A program made the translations under genes and the position numbers. A stretch of 60,998 bases of DNA, filler included, from Actinomycetales bacterium (GTDB taxonomy: Bacteria > Actinomycetota > Actinomycetes > Actinomycetales > CAVURS01), in assembly GCA_045807245.1 (NCBI GenBank). It is 3 parts of 3 records of this genome, joined end to end, with 100 filler letters (N's around TTAATTAATTAA, not from the genome) between each part and the next. Parts side by side here need not be neighbours in the genome. Positions count along the whole stretch, not along the records: positions 46,128 to 60,998 come from JBJMHS010000028.1; 2 more parts are not named here. One strand, 5' to 3'. Below the pieces are notes generated by a model. The model was not told the origin of the DNA, searched no databases, and saw only the letters and a list, made by a program, of their open reading frames with translations. Below are positions 50,358 to 59,991 of the stretch, piece after piece (position 1 is the first letter of the stretch; each line of letters starts with the position of its first letter).

Positions 50358-50941
50358 CGCCCCCCGCCCGGCTGCCACAGCACGTCCCCGCCGGCCCCGT
50401 GGTTGGCGTGCCGGGCCAGGATGAACAGCAGGTCCGAGAGCCGGTTCAGGTACGTCGCCGTGAGCGGGTTCACGCCCCCGTCCTCGCCGGTGCCGTAGGT
50501 CTCGACGGCGGCCCAGGTGGACCGTTCGGCCCGGCGCGCGACGGTGCGCGCCACGTGCAGGTGTGCGGCACCCGGCGTACCGCCGGGCAGGACGAACGAG
50601 CGCAGCTTCTCCAGCGGCTCGTTGTAGGCGTCGCAGGCCGTCTCCAGCTCCCCGACCCACTGCTGCTGTACGCGCAGCGGGGGATGGTCGTACGACGGGG
50701 CGAGCGGGGTGCACAGGTCGGCCCCGACGTCGAACAGGTCGTTCTGCACGCGCCTCAGCAGCGCCGTCACGTCCGGTGCGAGCCCGCCGACCGTCACGGC
50801 GACCCCGACCGCCGAGTTGGTCTCGTCGACATCGGCGTACGCCGCGAGCCGCGGGTCGGTCTTGCTGGTCCGGCTGAAGTCGCCGAGCGCCGTCGTGCCG
50901 TCGTCTCCGGTCCGGGTGTAGATACGGGTCAGGTTGACCAT
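50354..50941 (-). CDS. pduO: PduO-type ATP:cob(I)alamin adenosyltransferase
   Basis: IYTRTGDDGTT, QNDLFDVGADL, FVLPGG, RTVARRAER, YLNRLSDLLF. Confidence 0.93.
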   Translation of the reverse strand: MVNLTRIYTRTGDDGTTALGDFSRTSKTDPRLAAYADVDETNSAVGVAVTVGGLAPDVTALLRRVQNDLFDVGADLCTPLAPSYDHPPLRVQQQWVGELETACDAYNEPLEKLRSFVLPGGTPGAAHLHVARTVARRAERSTWAAVETYGTGEDGGVNPLTATYLNRLSDLLFILARHANHGAGGDVLWQPGGGR

Positions 50942-50979
50942 GCCCCCAGCCTAGGCAGCATCTGGCCTAGCCTGGGCCG

Positions 50980-52266
50980 GTGGACAGCTTCCGGGTGGTC
51001 GGAGGGGCCACCCTGGTGGGCGAGGTCTTCGTCGACGGGGCCAAGAACAGTGCCTTGAAGCTCATGGCCGCCTCGCTGCTGGCGGTCGGCCGCACCGAGC
51101 TCACCAACGTGCCGGAGATCCGCGACGTCGAGGTCATGGGTGAGCTGCTGCGCCGCCTGGGCTGCCAGGTCGATCACGACCTCGAGGCCGGCCGCGTCGT
51201 CATCGACGTGCCGGAGGCCGTCGGGCACCGGGCCGACTACGACCTGGTCCGGGCGATGCGCGCCTCGATCAGCGTCCTCGGCCCGCTCGTCGCCCGGGTC
51301 GGCCTCGCCGATGTCGCCATCCCGGGCGGCGATGCGATCGGCTCGCGCGGCCTCGACCTGCACGCCAGCGGGCTGGAGCGGCTGGGCGCGTCGGTGCACG
51401 TGGACCATGGCTACCTCGTCGCGGAGGCTCCCGACGGTCTGCGCGGCGCCGCGGTCGGCCTGGACTTCCCGTCCGTCGGGGCGACCGAGAACATCCTCAT
51501 GGCGGCGGTGCTCGCGCACGGCACGACCGTGATCGACAACGCCGCCCGCGAGCCGGAGATCGTCGACATCGCCCAGATGCTCGTCGCGATGGGCGCCAAG
51601 ATCGACGGCGTCGGCGGGTCGACCCTCGTGGTCCAGGGGGTCGACGCCCTGCAGCCGACCCGGCACAGCGTCGTACCCGACCGGATCGCCGCCGGCACGT
51701 GGGCGTTCGCGGCCGCGACGACCCGCGGCGACGTGACGGTGCGGCAGGCCGAGGCGGGACATCTCGACCTGGTGCTCGACAAGCTGGCCCACGCAGGGGC
51801 CGAGGTGGTGCGCCTGCCCGACGGGTTCCGCGTGATCGCGACCGACCGGTCGCTCGCCGCCATCGACGTCTCGACCTTGCCCTACCCCGGTTTCCCGACC
51901 GACCTGCAGCCGTTCGTGCTGGTGTACGACGCGGTGGCCGAGGGCTCCGCCATGGTGACCGAGAACCTGTTCGAGGCGCGCTTCCGCACGGTGCAGGAGC
52001 TGGCCCGGCTGGGCGCCGACGTCCGGGTCGACGGGCATCACGCGATGGTGCACGGCAAGCCGCGCTTGTCGGCCGCGCCGGTTGAGGCGAGCGACATCCG
52101 GGCCGGCGCCGCGCTCGTCATCGCCGGCCTGGTCGCCGACGGCGTCACCCGGGTCAGCGGCGGGCACCACGTGGACCGGGGCTACGCGCGCTTCGACGAC
52201 CACCTCCGCGCGCTCGGCGCGGACGTACGCCGAGAGGCCGACCCCCTGGCACCGCTCGCCGGCTGA
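50980..52266 (+). CDS. murA: UDP-N-acetylglucosamine 1-carboxyvinyltransferase
   Basis: [46 protein letters not shown]. Confidence 0.97.
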   Translation: MDSFRVVGGATLVGEVFVDGAKNSALKLMAASLLAVGRTELTNVPEIRDVEVMGELLRRLGCQVDHDLEAGRVVIDVPEAVGHRADYDLVRAMRASISVLGPLVARVGLADVAIPGGDAIGSRGLDLHASGLERLGASVHVDHGYLVAEAPDGLRGAAVGLDFPSVGATENILMAAVLAHGTTVIDNAAREPEIVDIAQMLVAMGAKIDGVGGSTLVVQGVDALQPTRHSVVPDRIAAGTWAFAAATTRGDVTVRQAEAGHLDLVLDKLAHAGAEVVRLPDGFRVIATDRSLAAIDVSTLPYPGFPTDLQPFVLVYDAVAEGSAMVTENLFEARFRTVQELARLGADVRVDGHHAMVHGKPRLSAAPVEASDIRAGAALVIAGLVADGVTRVSGGHHVDRGYARFDDHLRALGADVRREADPLAPLAG

Positions 52267-52282
52267 GCGCTGCCCGTGCGAC

Positions 52283-52612
52283 TCAGCTCGGCCGGCTGCG
52301 GAGCAAGGCCCGGGCGGTCCGGGCCTCCTCAGGGAAGACGAGGACGCGCGGGCCGTCGACGGTGCGGGCCAGCGTGGCCCGGATCCCGGCGTCGACCAGG
52401 GTCAGGCGCAGCAGCTCGCCCTCGACCACGCTGTCGGGGGACGCCACCGGGACCAGCGCGCCGTACTCGTCCTCATGACCGGGGCTCACCGGGCGCTCGA
52501 CGAGCGACGACCCGCGGGAGAAGGTCCAGCGCAGCATGAGTGCGAGGAAGCCCACCACGAGCAGCGCGACACCCGGTCCCCACAGGAAGGCCCACTCACT
52601 GCCCGGCCGCAT
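52283..52612 (-). CDS. Small conserved actinobacterial membrane protein
   Basis: ATG 52612, one TM, LRWTFSRG, EYGALVPV, GIRATL; the longer ORF extension is a shadow. Confidence 0.65.
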   Translation of the reverse strand: MRPGSEWAFLWGPGVALLVVGFLALMLRWTFSRGSSLVERPVSPGHEDEYGALVPVASPDSVVEGELLRLTLVDAGIRATLARTVDGPRVLVFPEEARTARALLRSRPS

Positions 52613-52646
52613 GGCTCCAGTGTCGTCCTGGCGTAGCCTCCCCGCC

Positions 52647-53507
52647 ATGGTGGAAGCGAACACTGTCGTCGTGGTCGGTGCCGGGCTCATGGGGTCCGGC
52701 ATCGCGCAGGTCACCGCGGCGTCCGGCCGTCCGGTCATCCTCCGCGACGTCACGGACCAGGCCCTCGCCCGCGGGCGGGCCGCGATCGAGCGGTCGTTGG
52801 ACCGGTTCGTGGACAAGGGCACGCTGAGCCGCGCGGACGCCGATGCGGCGCTCGGCCGGGTCACGACCACCCGCGACCTGGGTGCGGTCGGCGAGGCCGG
52901 GCTCGTGGTCGAGGCGGTGTTCGAGAGCCTCGACGTCAAGGCCGAGCTGTTCACCGAGCTCGACCGGCTCGCGCCGGAAGGTGCCGTCCTGGCGACGAAC
53001 ACGTCGGCCATCCCCATCACGCGCATCGCTGCGGCGACGCAGCGGCCCGAGGCCGTCGTCGGCACGCACTTCTTCTCGCCAGTGCCGATGATGGCGCTGT
53101 GTGAGCTCGTCCGCGGCTACAAGACCAGCGACGAGACGCTGGCGTCGGCTCGAGCGTTCGCGGAGTCGGTCGGCAAGACCTGCGTGGTCGTGAACCGGGA
53201 CGTGGCCGGCTTCGTCACGACCCGGCTCATCTGCGCGCTGGCCATGGAGGCGATCCGGCTGGTCGAGAACGGCGTGGCGACGGCCGAGGACGTCGACGTC
53301 GCCTGCCGGCTCGGTTTCGGCCACGCCATGGGCCCGCTCGCGACGACCGACCTCACCGGCGTCGACATCCTGCGCAACGCCGCGCAGAACATCTACGACG
53401 AGACCCACGACGAGAAGTTCGCGCCGCCGGAGCTGCTGAACCGGATGGTCAGCGCCGGTGACCTGGGCCGCAAGTCGGGTCAGGGTTTCTACCCGTACGA
53501 CGCCTGA
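52647..53507 (+). CDS. 3-hydroxybutyryl-CoA dehydrogenase
   Basis: GAGLMGSG, EAVFE, TNTS, HFFSPVP, AMGPL; start 52647. Confidence 0.92.
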   Translation: MVEANTVVVVGAGLMGSGIAQVTAASGRPVILRDVTDQALARGRAAIERSLDRFVDKGTLSRADADAALGRVTTTRDLGAVGEAGLVVEAVFESLDVKAELFTELDRLAPEGAVLATNTSAIPITRIAAATQRPEAVVGTHFFSPVPMMALCELVRGYKTSDETLASARAFAESVGKTCVVVNRDVAGFVTTRLICALAMEAIRLVENGVATAEDVDVACRLGFGHAMGPLATTDLTGVDILRNAAQNIYDETHDEKFAPPELLNRMVSAGDLGRKSGQGFYPYDA

Positions 53508-53552
53508 CGAGCGGGTCGCGGGCCCGCCGCAGTCCCATGCGATAGTCCTCGG

Positions 53553-55430
53553 GTGCAGTTTGCGCTCGGCGTGGTGGCGATCGTCGTCACGGTCGCTGTC
53601 GTGGCGTCGCTGGCCGCCCGGATCGGCCGGTCCGCACCGCTGCTGTTGACCATCGCGGGCGTCGTCGGGTCGTTCCTGCCGTTCGTGCCGGACTACCGGC
53701 TCGACCCGCACCTGGTGCTCGTCGGGCTGCTGCCGCCGTTGCTGTACTCCGCCTCGATCCGTACGTCGGTCATCGACTTCCGACGCAACCGCCGGCCGAT
53801 CGCGCTGCTGTCGGTCGGCCTGGTCGTGTTCACCGCACTGGCCGTGGCCCTGGTGCTGCACTTCGCGATGCCGGAGCTGTCCTTCGCGGCCGCCTTCGCG
53901 CTGGGCGCCATCGTCGCGCCGCCGGACGCGGTCGCCACGACGGCCGTCGCGCGGAGGGTCGGCCTTCCGCGAAGGATCATCAACATCCTCGAGGGCGAGA
54001 GCCTGGTCAACGACGCGACGTCGCTGGTGCTGCTCAAGACCGCGACGGCCGCGGTCTCCGGCTCGGTAGCGGCCTGGCGGGTCGGCGCGGACTTCCTGCT
54101 CGCGGCCGTCGGCGGTGTAGCGGTCGGTCTCGCGGTGGCCACCGTGCTGGCCAAGGTGCGCCGCCGGATCGACGACCCGGTCATCGACACGACGCTGTCC
54201 TTCGTGGCCCCGTTCATCGCCTACCTGCCCGCCGAAGGCATCCACGCGTCAGGCGTGCTCGCCGTGGTCGTCACCGGCATCGTGCTCGGACACAAGGCGC
54301 AGGTCCTGCAGTCCGCGTCGTCCCGGCTGTCCGAGCGGATCAACTGGTCGACGGTCCAGTTCCTGCTCGAGAACGCCGTCTTCCTGCTCATCGGTCTGCA
54401 GGTCAAGCACGTGGTCCAGGCCGCGCGCGCCGGCTCCATCTCCGACCTCCGGCTGGTCGGGCTGTGTGCGGCAGTGCTCGTCACCGTGATCGTGACCCGG
54501 CCGGTCTGGGTCTACCCCGCGACGTACCTACCGCGCCTGATCCCCGCCGTCCATCGCGTCGACCCGTTCCCGCCCTGGACCTACCCGACGGTCATCTCGT
54601 GGGCCGGCATGCGCGGTGTCGTGACGCTGGCCGCGGCGTTCGCACTGCCCGGGTCGGTACCCGAGATCGAGGCGCTGCGGCTCATGGCGTTCGTCGTCGT
54701 GGCCGGCACCCTGCTGGTCCAGGGCCCGACCCTGCCGGCCCTGGTCCGGGCGCTGCGGCTGCCGCGTCCGGACCCGTTGGAGGACGCGTTGCAGGAGGCG
54801 GTCGCGCTGCAGCACGCGACAGCGGCCGGCCTGGCGCGGCTCGACGAGGTCGTCGACGGGTCGGAGGCCGAGCGCACCCTGCGCCAGCTGCGCACCCGCG
54901 GGCTCAACCGGGCCAACACGGCGTGGGAGCGGTTGGGCCGGCCGGACCGCGACTGGGAGACGCCGAGCGAGGTCTACCGCCGGCTGCGGCTGCTCATGCT
55001 GCAGGCCGAGCGGGACAGCGTCATCAACGGCAGCGAGGCCGGTGACCTGCCGGACGAGGTGGCCCGCTCGATCCTTGCCTCCTTCGACGTCGAGGAGTCC
55101 ACCCTCGACCGGGTCGGCCGGCAGGACGACGTCCTGGAGCGGGTCGAGGACCTCACCGGGCATGCGCTCGCCGGCTCGTGTGACCACCTCACCGCGGCTC
55201 CGACCGCCGTCCGGCCGCTGTCGCCGGACGGGTGCAGCGACTGCCTGCGCGAGGGCCTGCGCTGGGTGCACCTGCGGCTGTGCCTGACGTGCGGCAACGT
55301 CGGCTGCTGCGACTCCTCGATCGGCAAGCACGCAGCCAGGCACTTCCACAGCAGCGAGCACCCCGTCATGCGCAGCTTCGAGCCTGGCGAGGCGTGGCGG
55401 TGGTGCTACGTGGACGAGCTGGTGGACTGA
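53553..55430 (+). CDS. CPA1-family Na+/H+ antiporter with a C-terminal UBP-type zinc finger
   Basis: LPPLLY, APPDAVA, EGESLVNDA, WAGMRGVVTLA; C-terminus CDHL...CSDC...WVHLRLCLTCGNVGCCDSS..KHA..H...WRWCYVD. Confidence 0.9.
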   Translation: MQFALGVVAIVVTVAVVASLAARIGRSAPLLLTIAGVVGSFLPFVPDYRLDPHLVLVGLLPPLLYSASIRTSVIDFRRNRRPIALLSVGLVVFTALAVALVLHFAMPELSFAAAFALGAIVAPPDAVATTAVARRVGLPRRIINILEGESLVNDATSLVLLKTATAAVSGSVAAWRVGADFLLAAVGGVAVGLAVATVLAKVRRRIDDPVIDTTLSFVAPFIAYLPAEGIHASGVLAVVVTGIVLGHKAQVLQSASSRLSERINWSTVQFLLENAVFLLIGLQVKHVVQAARAGSISDLRLVGLCAAVLVTVIVTRPVWVYPATYLPRLIPAVHRVDPFPPWTYPTVISWAGMRGVVTLAAAFALPGSVPEIEALRLMAFVVVAGTLLVQGPTLPALVRALRLPRPDPLEDALQEAVALQHATAAGLARLDEVVDGSEAERTLRQLRTRGLNRANTAWERLGRPDRDWETPSEVYRRLRLLMLQAERDSVINGSEAGDLPDEVARSILASFDVEESTLDRVGRQDDVLERVEDLTGHALAGSCDHLTAAPTAVRPLSPDGCSDCLREGLRWVHLRLCLTCGNVGCCDSSIGKHAARHFHSSEHPVMRSFEPGEAWRWCYVDELVD

Positions 55431-55490
55431 GAGCACCGTCACGCGGGCGCGCACTCCCGGCCGCGCGCGACCGGCCGGTAGCGTCGACGC

Positions 55491-57554
55491 GTGGCAGAGC
55501 AGGACTCGTCGCGGGACACCCAGCGGGACCGGCCGTGGGTCATGCGGACGTACGCCGGCCACTCCAGCGCGGCGGAGTCCAACGCGCTCTACCGCCGCAA
55601 CCTGGCCAAGGGCCAGACCGGGCTGTCCGTCGCGTTCGACCTTCCGACGCAGACCGGCTACGACCCCGACCACCCGCTGGCCCGGGGTGAGGTCGGCAAG
55701 GTCGGTGTGCCGATCGCGCACCTGGGCGACCTGACCGCCCTGTTCGACGGCATCGACGTGGCCCGGATGAACACCTCGATGACGATCAACGCGACGGCGA
55801 TGTGGCTGCTGGCGCTCTACCAGGTCGTCGCGGAGCAGCAGGCCGAGGCGAGCGGCGAGGACCCGGCCGCGGCGGTGCGAGGACTGACCGGCACGACCCA
55901 GAACGACATCATCAAGGAGTACCTGTCACGGGGGACCTACGTGTTCCCGCCGGGGCCGTCGCTGCGGCTCAGCACCGACCTGGTCGCGTACGCCGCGACG
56001 GCCATGCCGAAGTGGAACCCGATCAACGTCTGCAGCTACCACCTGCAGGAGGCCGGGGCCACGCCCGTGCAGGAGCTGGCCTTCGCGATCTGCACCGCCA
56101 TCGCCGTACTGGACGCCGTCCGCGACTCCGGACAGGTGCCGCCCGAGCGCTTCGGCGACGTCGTCGCCCGCATCTCGTTCTTCGTCAACGCCGGGGTGCG
56201 GTTCGTCGAGGAGATGTGCAAGATGCGCGCGTTCGTCGCGCTGTGGGACGAGCTCACGCTCACCCGGTACGGCGTGAGCGACCCGGCGCAGCGGCGGTTC
56301 CGGTACGGCGTGCAGGTGAACTCGCTCGGCCTGACCGAGGCGCAGCCGGAGAACAACGTCCAGCGGATCGTGCTCGAGATGCTGGCCGTCACGCTCTCCA
56401 GGGATGCCCGGGCGCGAGCCGTCCAGCTGCCGGCGTGGAACGAGGCACTCGGGCTCCCGCGGCCCTGGGACCAGCAGTGGAGCCTGCGCATCCAGCAGGT
56501 GCTCGCCTACGAGTCCGACCTCCTGGAGTACGACGACCTGTTCACCGGCTCGGTCGTCGTCGAGGCCCGGGTGCGCGAGCTGGTCGAGGCCGCGCGGGCG
56601 GAGGTCGAGCGGATTCAGGCCATGGGTGGCGCCGTCGCCGCGGTCGAGAGCGGCTACCTGAAGTCCGAGCTCGTGGCCGCGCACGCCCGGCATCGGGCGC
56701 GGGTCGAGTCCGGTGCCGACGTGGTCGTGGGCGTCAACCGGTTCGAGACGACGGAGCCCAGCCCGCTGACGGCGGACCTGGGCTCCGCGGTGCAGGCCGT
56801 CGACCCGGCCGCCGAGGAGTCCGCGGCCAAGGCCGTGGTGGCGTGGCGGGGCGGCCGGGACGCCGACCCCGCTCGGGCGGCCGAGGCGGCCGCTGCCCTG
56901 CACCAGCTCGCGACCGACGCGCGCACCGACGCGAACCTGATGGCGGCGACGCTGCGCTGTGCCCGCGCGGAGGTCACCACGGGGGAGTGGGCCGGCGCGC
57001 TGCGCGAGGTGTTCGGGGAGTACCGCGCACCGACCGGTGTCGGCGGCTCGGCGCTCGGAGCCAGCCAGCTGGACGGGCCCGCGGCGGACGAGCTGGCCCG
57101 GGTGCGGGCGGCTGTGCGCGAGACGGGCGAGGAGCTGGGCGGCCGGCTGCGCCTGCTGGTGGGCAAGCCCGGCCTGGACGGGCACAGCAACGGCGCGGAG
57201 CAGGTCGCGGTGCGCGCCCGGGACGTCGGGTTCGAGGTGGTGTACCAGGGCATCCGGCTCACGCCGGAGCAGATCGTGGGTGCGGCCGTGGCCGAGGACG
57301 TCCACTGCGTCGGGCTGTCGGTGCTCTCCGGCTCGCACCTGTCACTCGTGCCTGAGGTCCTGGACCGGATGCGCGCGGCCGGGCTGGACGACGTGCCGGT
57401 GATCGTGGGTGGCATCATCCCCCAGGGCGACGCTGCCGCGCTGCGCCGGCAAGGCGTGGCCGCGGTCTTCACGCCCAAGGACGTGTCGTTGACCTCGATG
57501 ATGGGACAGATAGTGACGGAGATCCGCCGGGCGCGCGGTCTGATCAGCACGTGA
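55491..57554 (+). CDS. meaA: Ethylmalonyl-CoA mutase (MeaA/Ecm)
   Basis: PWVMRTYAGHS, YGVQVNSLGLTE, LPAWNEALGLP, C-terminal B12 motif GLDGHSNG. Confidence 0.92.
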   Translation: MAEQDSSRDTQRDRPWVMRTYAGHSSAAESNALYRRNLAKGQTGLSVAFDLPTQTGYDPDHPLARGEVGKVGVPIAHLGDLTALFDGIDVARMNTSMTINATAMWLLALYQVVAEQQAEASGEDPAAAVRGLTGTTQNDIIKEYLSRGTYVFPPGPSLRLSTDLVAYAATAMPKWNPINVCSYHLQEAGATPVQELAFAICTAIAVLDAVRDSGQVPPERFGDVVARISFFVNAGVRFVEEMCKMRAFVALWDELTLTRYGVSDPAQRRFRYGVQVNSLGLTEAQPENNVQRIVLEMLAVTLSRDARARAVQLPAWNEALGLPRPWDQQWSLRIQQVLAYESDLLEYDDLFTGSVVVEARVRELVEAARAEVERIQAMGGAVAAVESGYLKSELVAAHARHRARVESGADVVVGVNRFETTEPSPLTADLGSAVQAVDPAAEESAAKAVVAWRGGRDADPARAAEAAAALHQLATDARTDANLMAATLRCARAEVTTGEWAGALREVFGEYRAPTGVGGSALGASQLDGPAADELARVRAAVRETGEELGGRLRLLVGKPGLDGHSNGAEQVAVRARDVGFEVVYQGIRLTPEQIVGAAVAEDVHCVGLSVLSGSHLSLVPEVLDRMRAAGLDDVPVIVGGIIPQGDAAALRRQGVAAVFTPKDVSLTSMMGQIVTEIRRARGLIST

Positions 57555-58804
57555 GCGGGGGGCCACTCGCCCTGCTGCGCCGGGTGGCGGTCGACGTACG
57601 ACCGTTGCGGTACGGCGACTTCCGGCGGCTGTTCATCGGCCAGGGCGTGGCGTTCATCGGGTTCCAGCTGACCGCCGTCGCCGTACCCGTGCAGATGTTC
57701 GGCGAGACGGGCTCGTCGTTCTGGGTCGGCCTGATCGGTTTGGCCGCCTTGTTACCCCTGGTCGTGTTCGGTCTGTACGGCGGCGCGATCTCGGATGCCG
57801 TGGACCGGCGCCTGCTCTACATCGTCTCGTCCTGCGTGGTGTGGGCCGCGACCGGAGGCCTCCTGCTCCAAGCACTGTTGCATACCGGCAACCGTTGGCT
57901 GCTGCTGGCGCTCGTCGCCGTCCAGACAGTGGGCTTTGCCGTGTCGGCACCTGTCCGGGGTGCCATCGTGCCGCGCATCCTGCCGACCGAGCTGGTGCCT
58001 GCCGGCAACACGTTGACCTTCACCATGAGCACCGCGGGCTCCGTCGTCGGTCCGCTGATCGCCGGCGTGATCCTGGCCCGTGGCAGCTACGCCTGGGCGT
58101 ACGGCGTCGACGCCTGCCTGTTCACGGTCGGGTTCTACGCCGCGCTGCGGCTGCCCGCCATCCCCCCGCTGGGCGAGAAGGTCAAGGCCGGGTTGCGGGC
58201 CGTGGCCGACGGGCTCGCCTTCATCGCGACGCGACCGGTGCTGTTGATGTCCTTCGTCGTCGACATCGCCGCGATGGTGCTGGCCATGCCGCGGGCCCTG
58301 TTCCCCGAGATCGCCGTCGACCGGTTCCACGACGTGGGCGCGGTCGGCTGGCTGTACGCGTCGATCGCGATCGGCTCGGTCGTGGCGGGCCTCGCCTCCG
58401 GGTGGATCGGCCGGGTCCGCCGTCAAGGCGTCGCGCTGATCTGCGCCGTCATCGTCTGGGGCGTCGCCGTGGCGATCGCCGGCCTGGCCCACAGCCTCTG
58501 GCTCGCCGTCGTGCTGCTGGCCGTCGGTGGCGCGGCCGACCTGGTCTCCGCGGTGTACCGACAGACGATCCTGCAGACCTACGCGCCGGACGAGATGCGC
58601 GGTCGGCTGCAGGGTGTCTTCACCGTTGTCGTCGCCGGCGGTCCCCGGCTGGGCGACCTTCGCGCCGGCGTGACGGCCGCGGCGGCCGGTGCTACGGCGA
58701 GCTGGGTCGGCGGGGGTATCGCCTGCGTGGTCCTGGTGGTCGGGCTGGCCTTCGCCGTACCGGCCCTGCGGCACTACCGCACCGAGGCGTCCGCGCCCGC
58801 CTAG
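57551..58804 (+). CDS. MFS transporter (EntS-like)
   Basis: GGAISDAVDRR, MPRALFP, PDEMRGRLQG, GGPRLGD; about 12 TM segments. Confidence 0.88.
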   Translation: MSGGPLALLRRVAVDVRPLRYGDFRRLFIGQGVAFIGFQLTAVAVPVQMFGETGSSFWVGLIGLAALLPLVVFGLYGGAISDAVDRRLLYIVSSCVVWAATGGLLLQALLHTGNRWLLLALVAVQTVGFAVSAPVRGAIVPRILPTELVPAGNTLTFTMSTAGSVVGPLIAGVILARGSYAWAYGVDACLFTVGFYAALRLPAIPPLGEKVKAGLRAVADGLAFIATRPVLLMSFVVDIAAMVLAMPRALFPEIAVDRFHDVGAVGWLYASIAIGSVVAGLASGWIGRVRRQGVALICAVIVWGVAVAIAGLAHSLWLAVVLLAVGGAADLVSAVYRQTILQTYAPDEMRGRLQGVFTVVVAGGPRLGDLRAGVTAAAAGATASWVGGGIACVVLVVGLAFAVPALRHYRTEASAPA

Positions 58805-59991
58805 TCCGCGGGGTCGAACGCCTCGCCCAGGCGACGGACCAGCTCGACGAGGCGGTCGCGCGCGGTGGCCACGTTGACCCGCACATGACCCGCACCGCCC
58901 GGGCCGAAGTCGCTGCCGTCGCGCACCATGACCTGGCCCCGTTCGGCCGCAATGGTGGCCGGGTGCTCCACGCCGTACGCGCGCAGGTCCACCCAGGCCA
59001 GATAGGTCGCCTCGAGGCGCCGCATGCGGGCCAGGGGCAGCCGCTCGGTGAGCTGCTCGGCGAACAGCTCCCGGTTGCCGGCGAGATGCGTGACCACCTG
59101 AGCCAGCCAGCCGTCGCCCTCCGTGTACGCCGCGACGTTCGCCTCGACGCCGAGCGGCGACAGCCCGTGGTTGCGTACGAGGGGCAGTGCCGCGATCGTG
59201 CGCTGGTCGGCGGCGTTGCCGGTCACGATCTGGGCGCACTTCAGCCCGGGCAGGTTGAACGCCTTGCTCGCGGACAGCAGCGTGGTGACGTGGTCCGCCG
59301 TACCGTCCAACGTGGCGTACGGCGTGTGCTCGGCGCCGGGCAGGACGAGCGGTGCGTGGATCTCGTCAGAGACCACGCGCGCGCCGTGCCGCAGGACGAC
59401 GTCGCGCAGGCCGGCCAGCTCCTCGCGGGTCCAGGCCCGGCCCCAGGGGTTGTGCGGGTTGCACAGCAGGACGGTCCGGGCGCCCGCCGCCAGGGCGTCG
59501 CCGATCCGGTCCAGGTCGAGCGTCGCGCGCTCGGCGTCCGGGTCGAGCGGCAGCGTGACGATCCTGCGCCTGGTGGCGGGCACGACCTCCAGGAACGGCG
59601 GGTACGCCGGTGTCGGCACGACGACGGGGGCGTCCGCACACAGCGACTCGAGGGTCAGCGCGACGCCGTCCATGACGTCGGCGACTCCGCAGACGTACGA
59701 CGGGTCGAGGGCCCAGCCGTACTGACGATGCACGAAATCCGCTGTGACAGAGCGCAGCCGGGCCACCGACTGATGGGACGGGTAGCCGAACCGGCCGACC
59801 CGGACCAGCTCGGCCAGCACGTGAGTGACGGCCGGGCAGGCCGCGTAGTCCATCTCGGCCACCCAGGCCGGGATCACGCCGTCGGGGGCGGCCGCCCAGT
59901 TGAGGTTGCCCCGGGCGCGCAGGTCGGCATCGCTGACGTCGTCGAAGCCCGGGACCGGTTCGGTCCAACCCGGGGTGGGCGAGCGGCTCAT
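58801..59991 (-). CDS. MalY/PatB-family PLP enzyme (cystathionine beta-lyase-like)
   Basis: WVAEMD, LCNPHNPWG, SDEIH, SASKAFN, ATYLAWVD. Confidence 0.9.
   Translation of the reverse strand: MSRSPTPGWTEPVPGFDDVSDADLRARGNLNWAAAPDGVIPAWVAEMDYAACPAVTHVLAELVRVGRFGYPSHQSVARLRSVTADFVHRQYGWALDPSYVCGVADVMDGVALTLESLCADAPVVVPTPAYPPFLEVVPATRRRIVTLPLDPDAERATLDLDRIGDALAAGARTVLLCNPHNPWGRAWTREELAGLRDVVLRHGARVVSDEIHAPLVLPGAEHTPYATLDGTADHVTTLLSASKAFNLPGLKCAQIVTGNAADQRTIAALPLVRNHGLSPLGVEANVAAYTEGDGWLAQVVTHLAGNRELFAEQLTERLPLARMRRLEATYLAWVDLRAYGVEHPATIAAERGQVMVRDGSDFGPGGAGHVRVNVATARDRLVELVRRLGEAFDPAD

Noticed and set aside
55431..55490. Cobalamin riboswitch upstream of the B12-dependent mutases
   Set aside because: The intergenic gaps before meaA and icmA are too short and lack the conserved B12-box.
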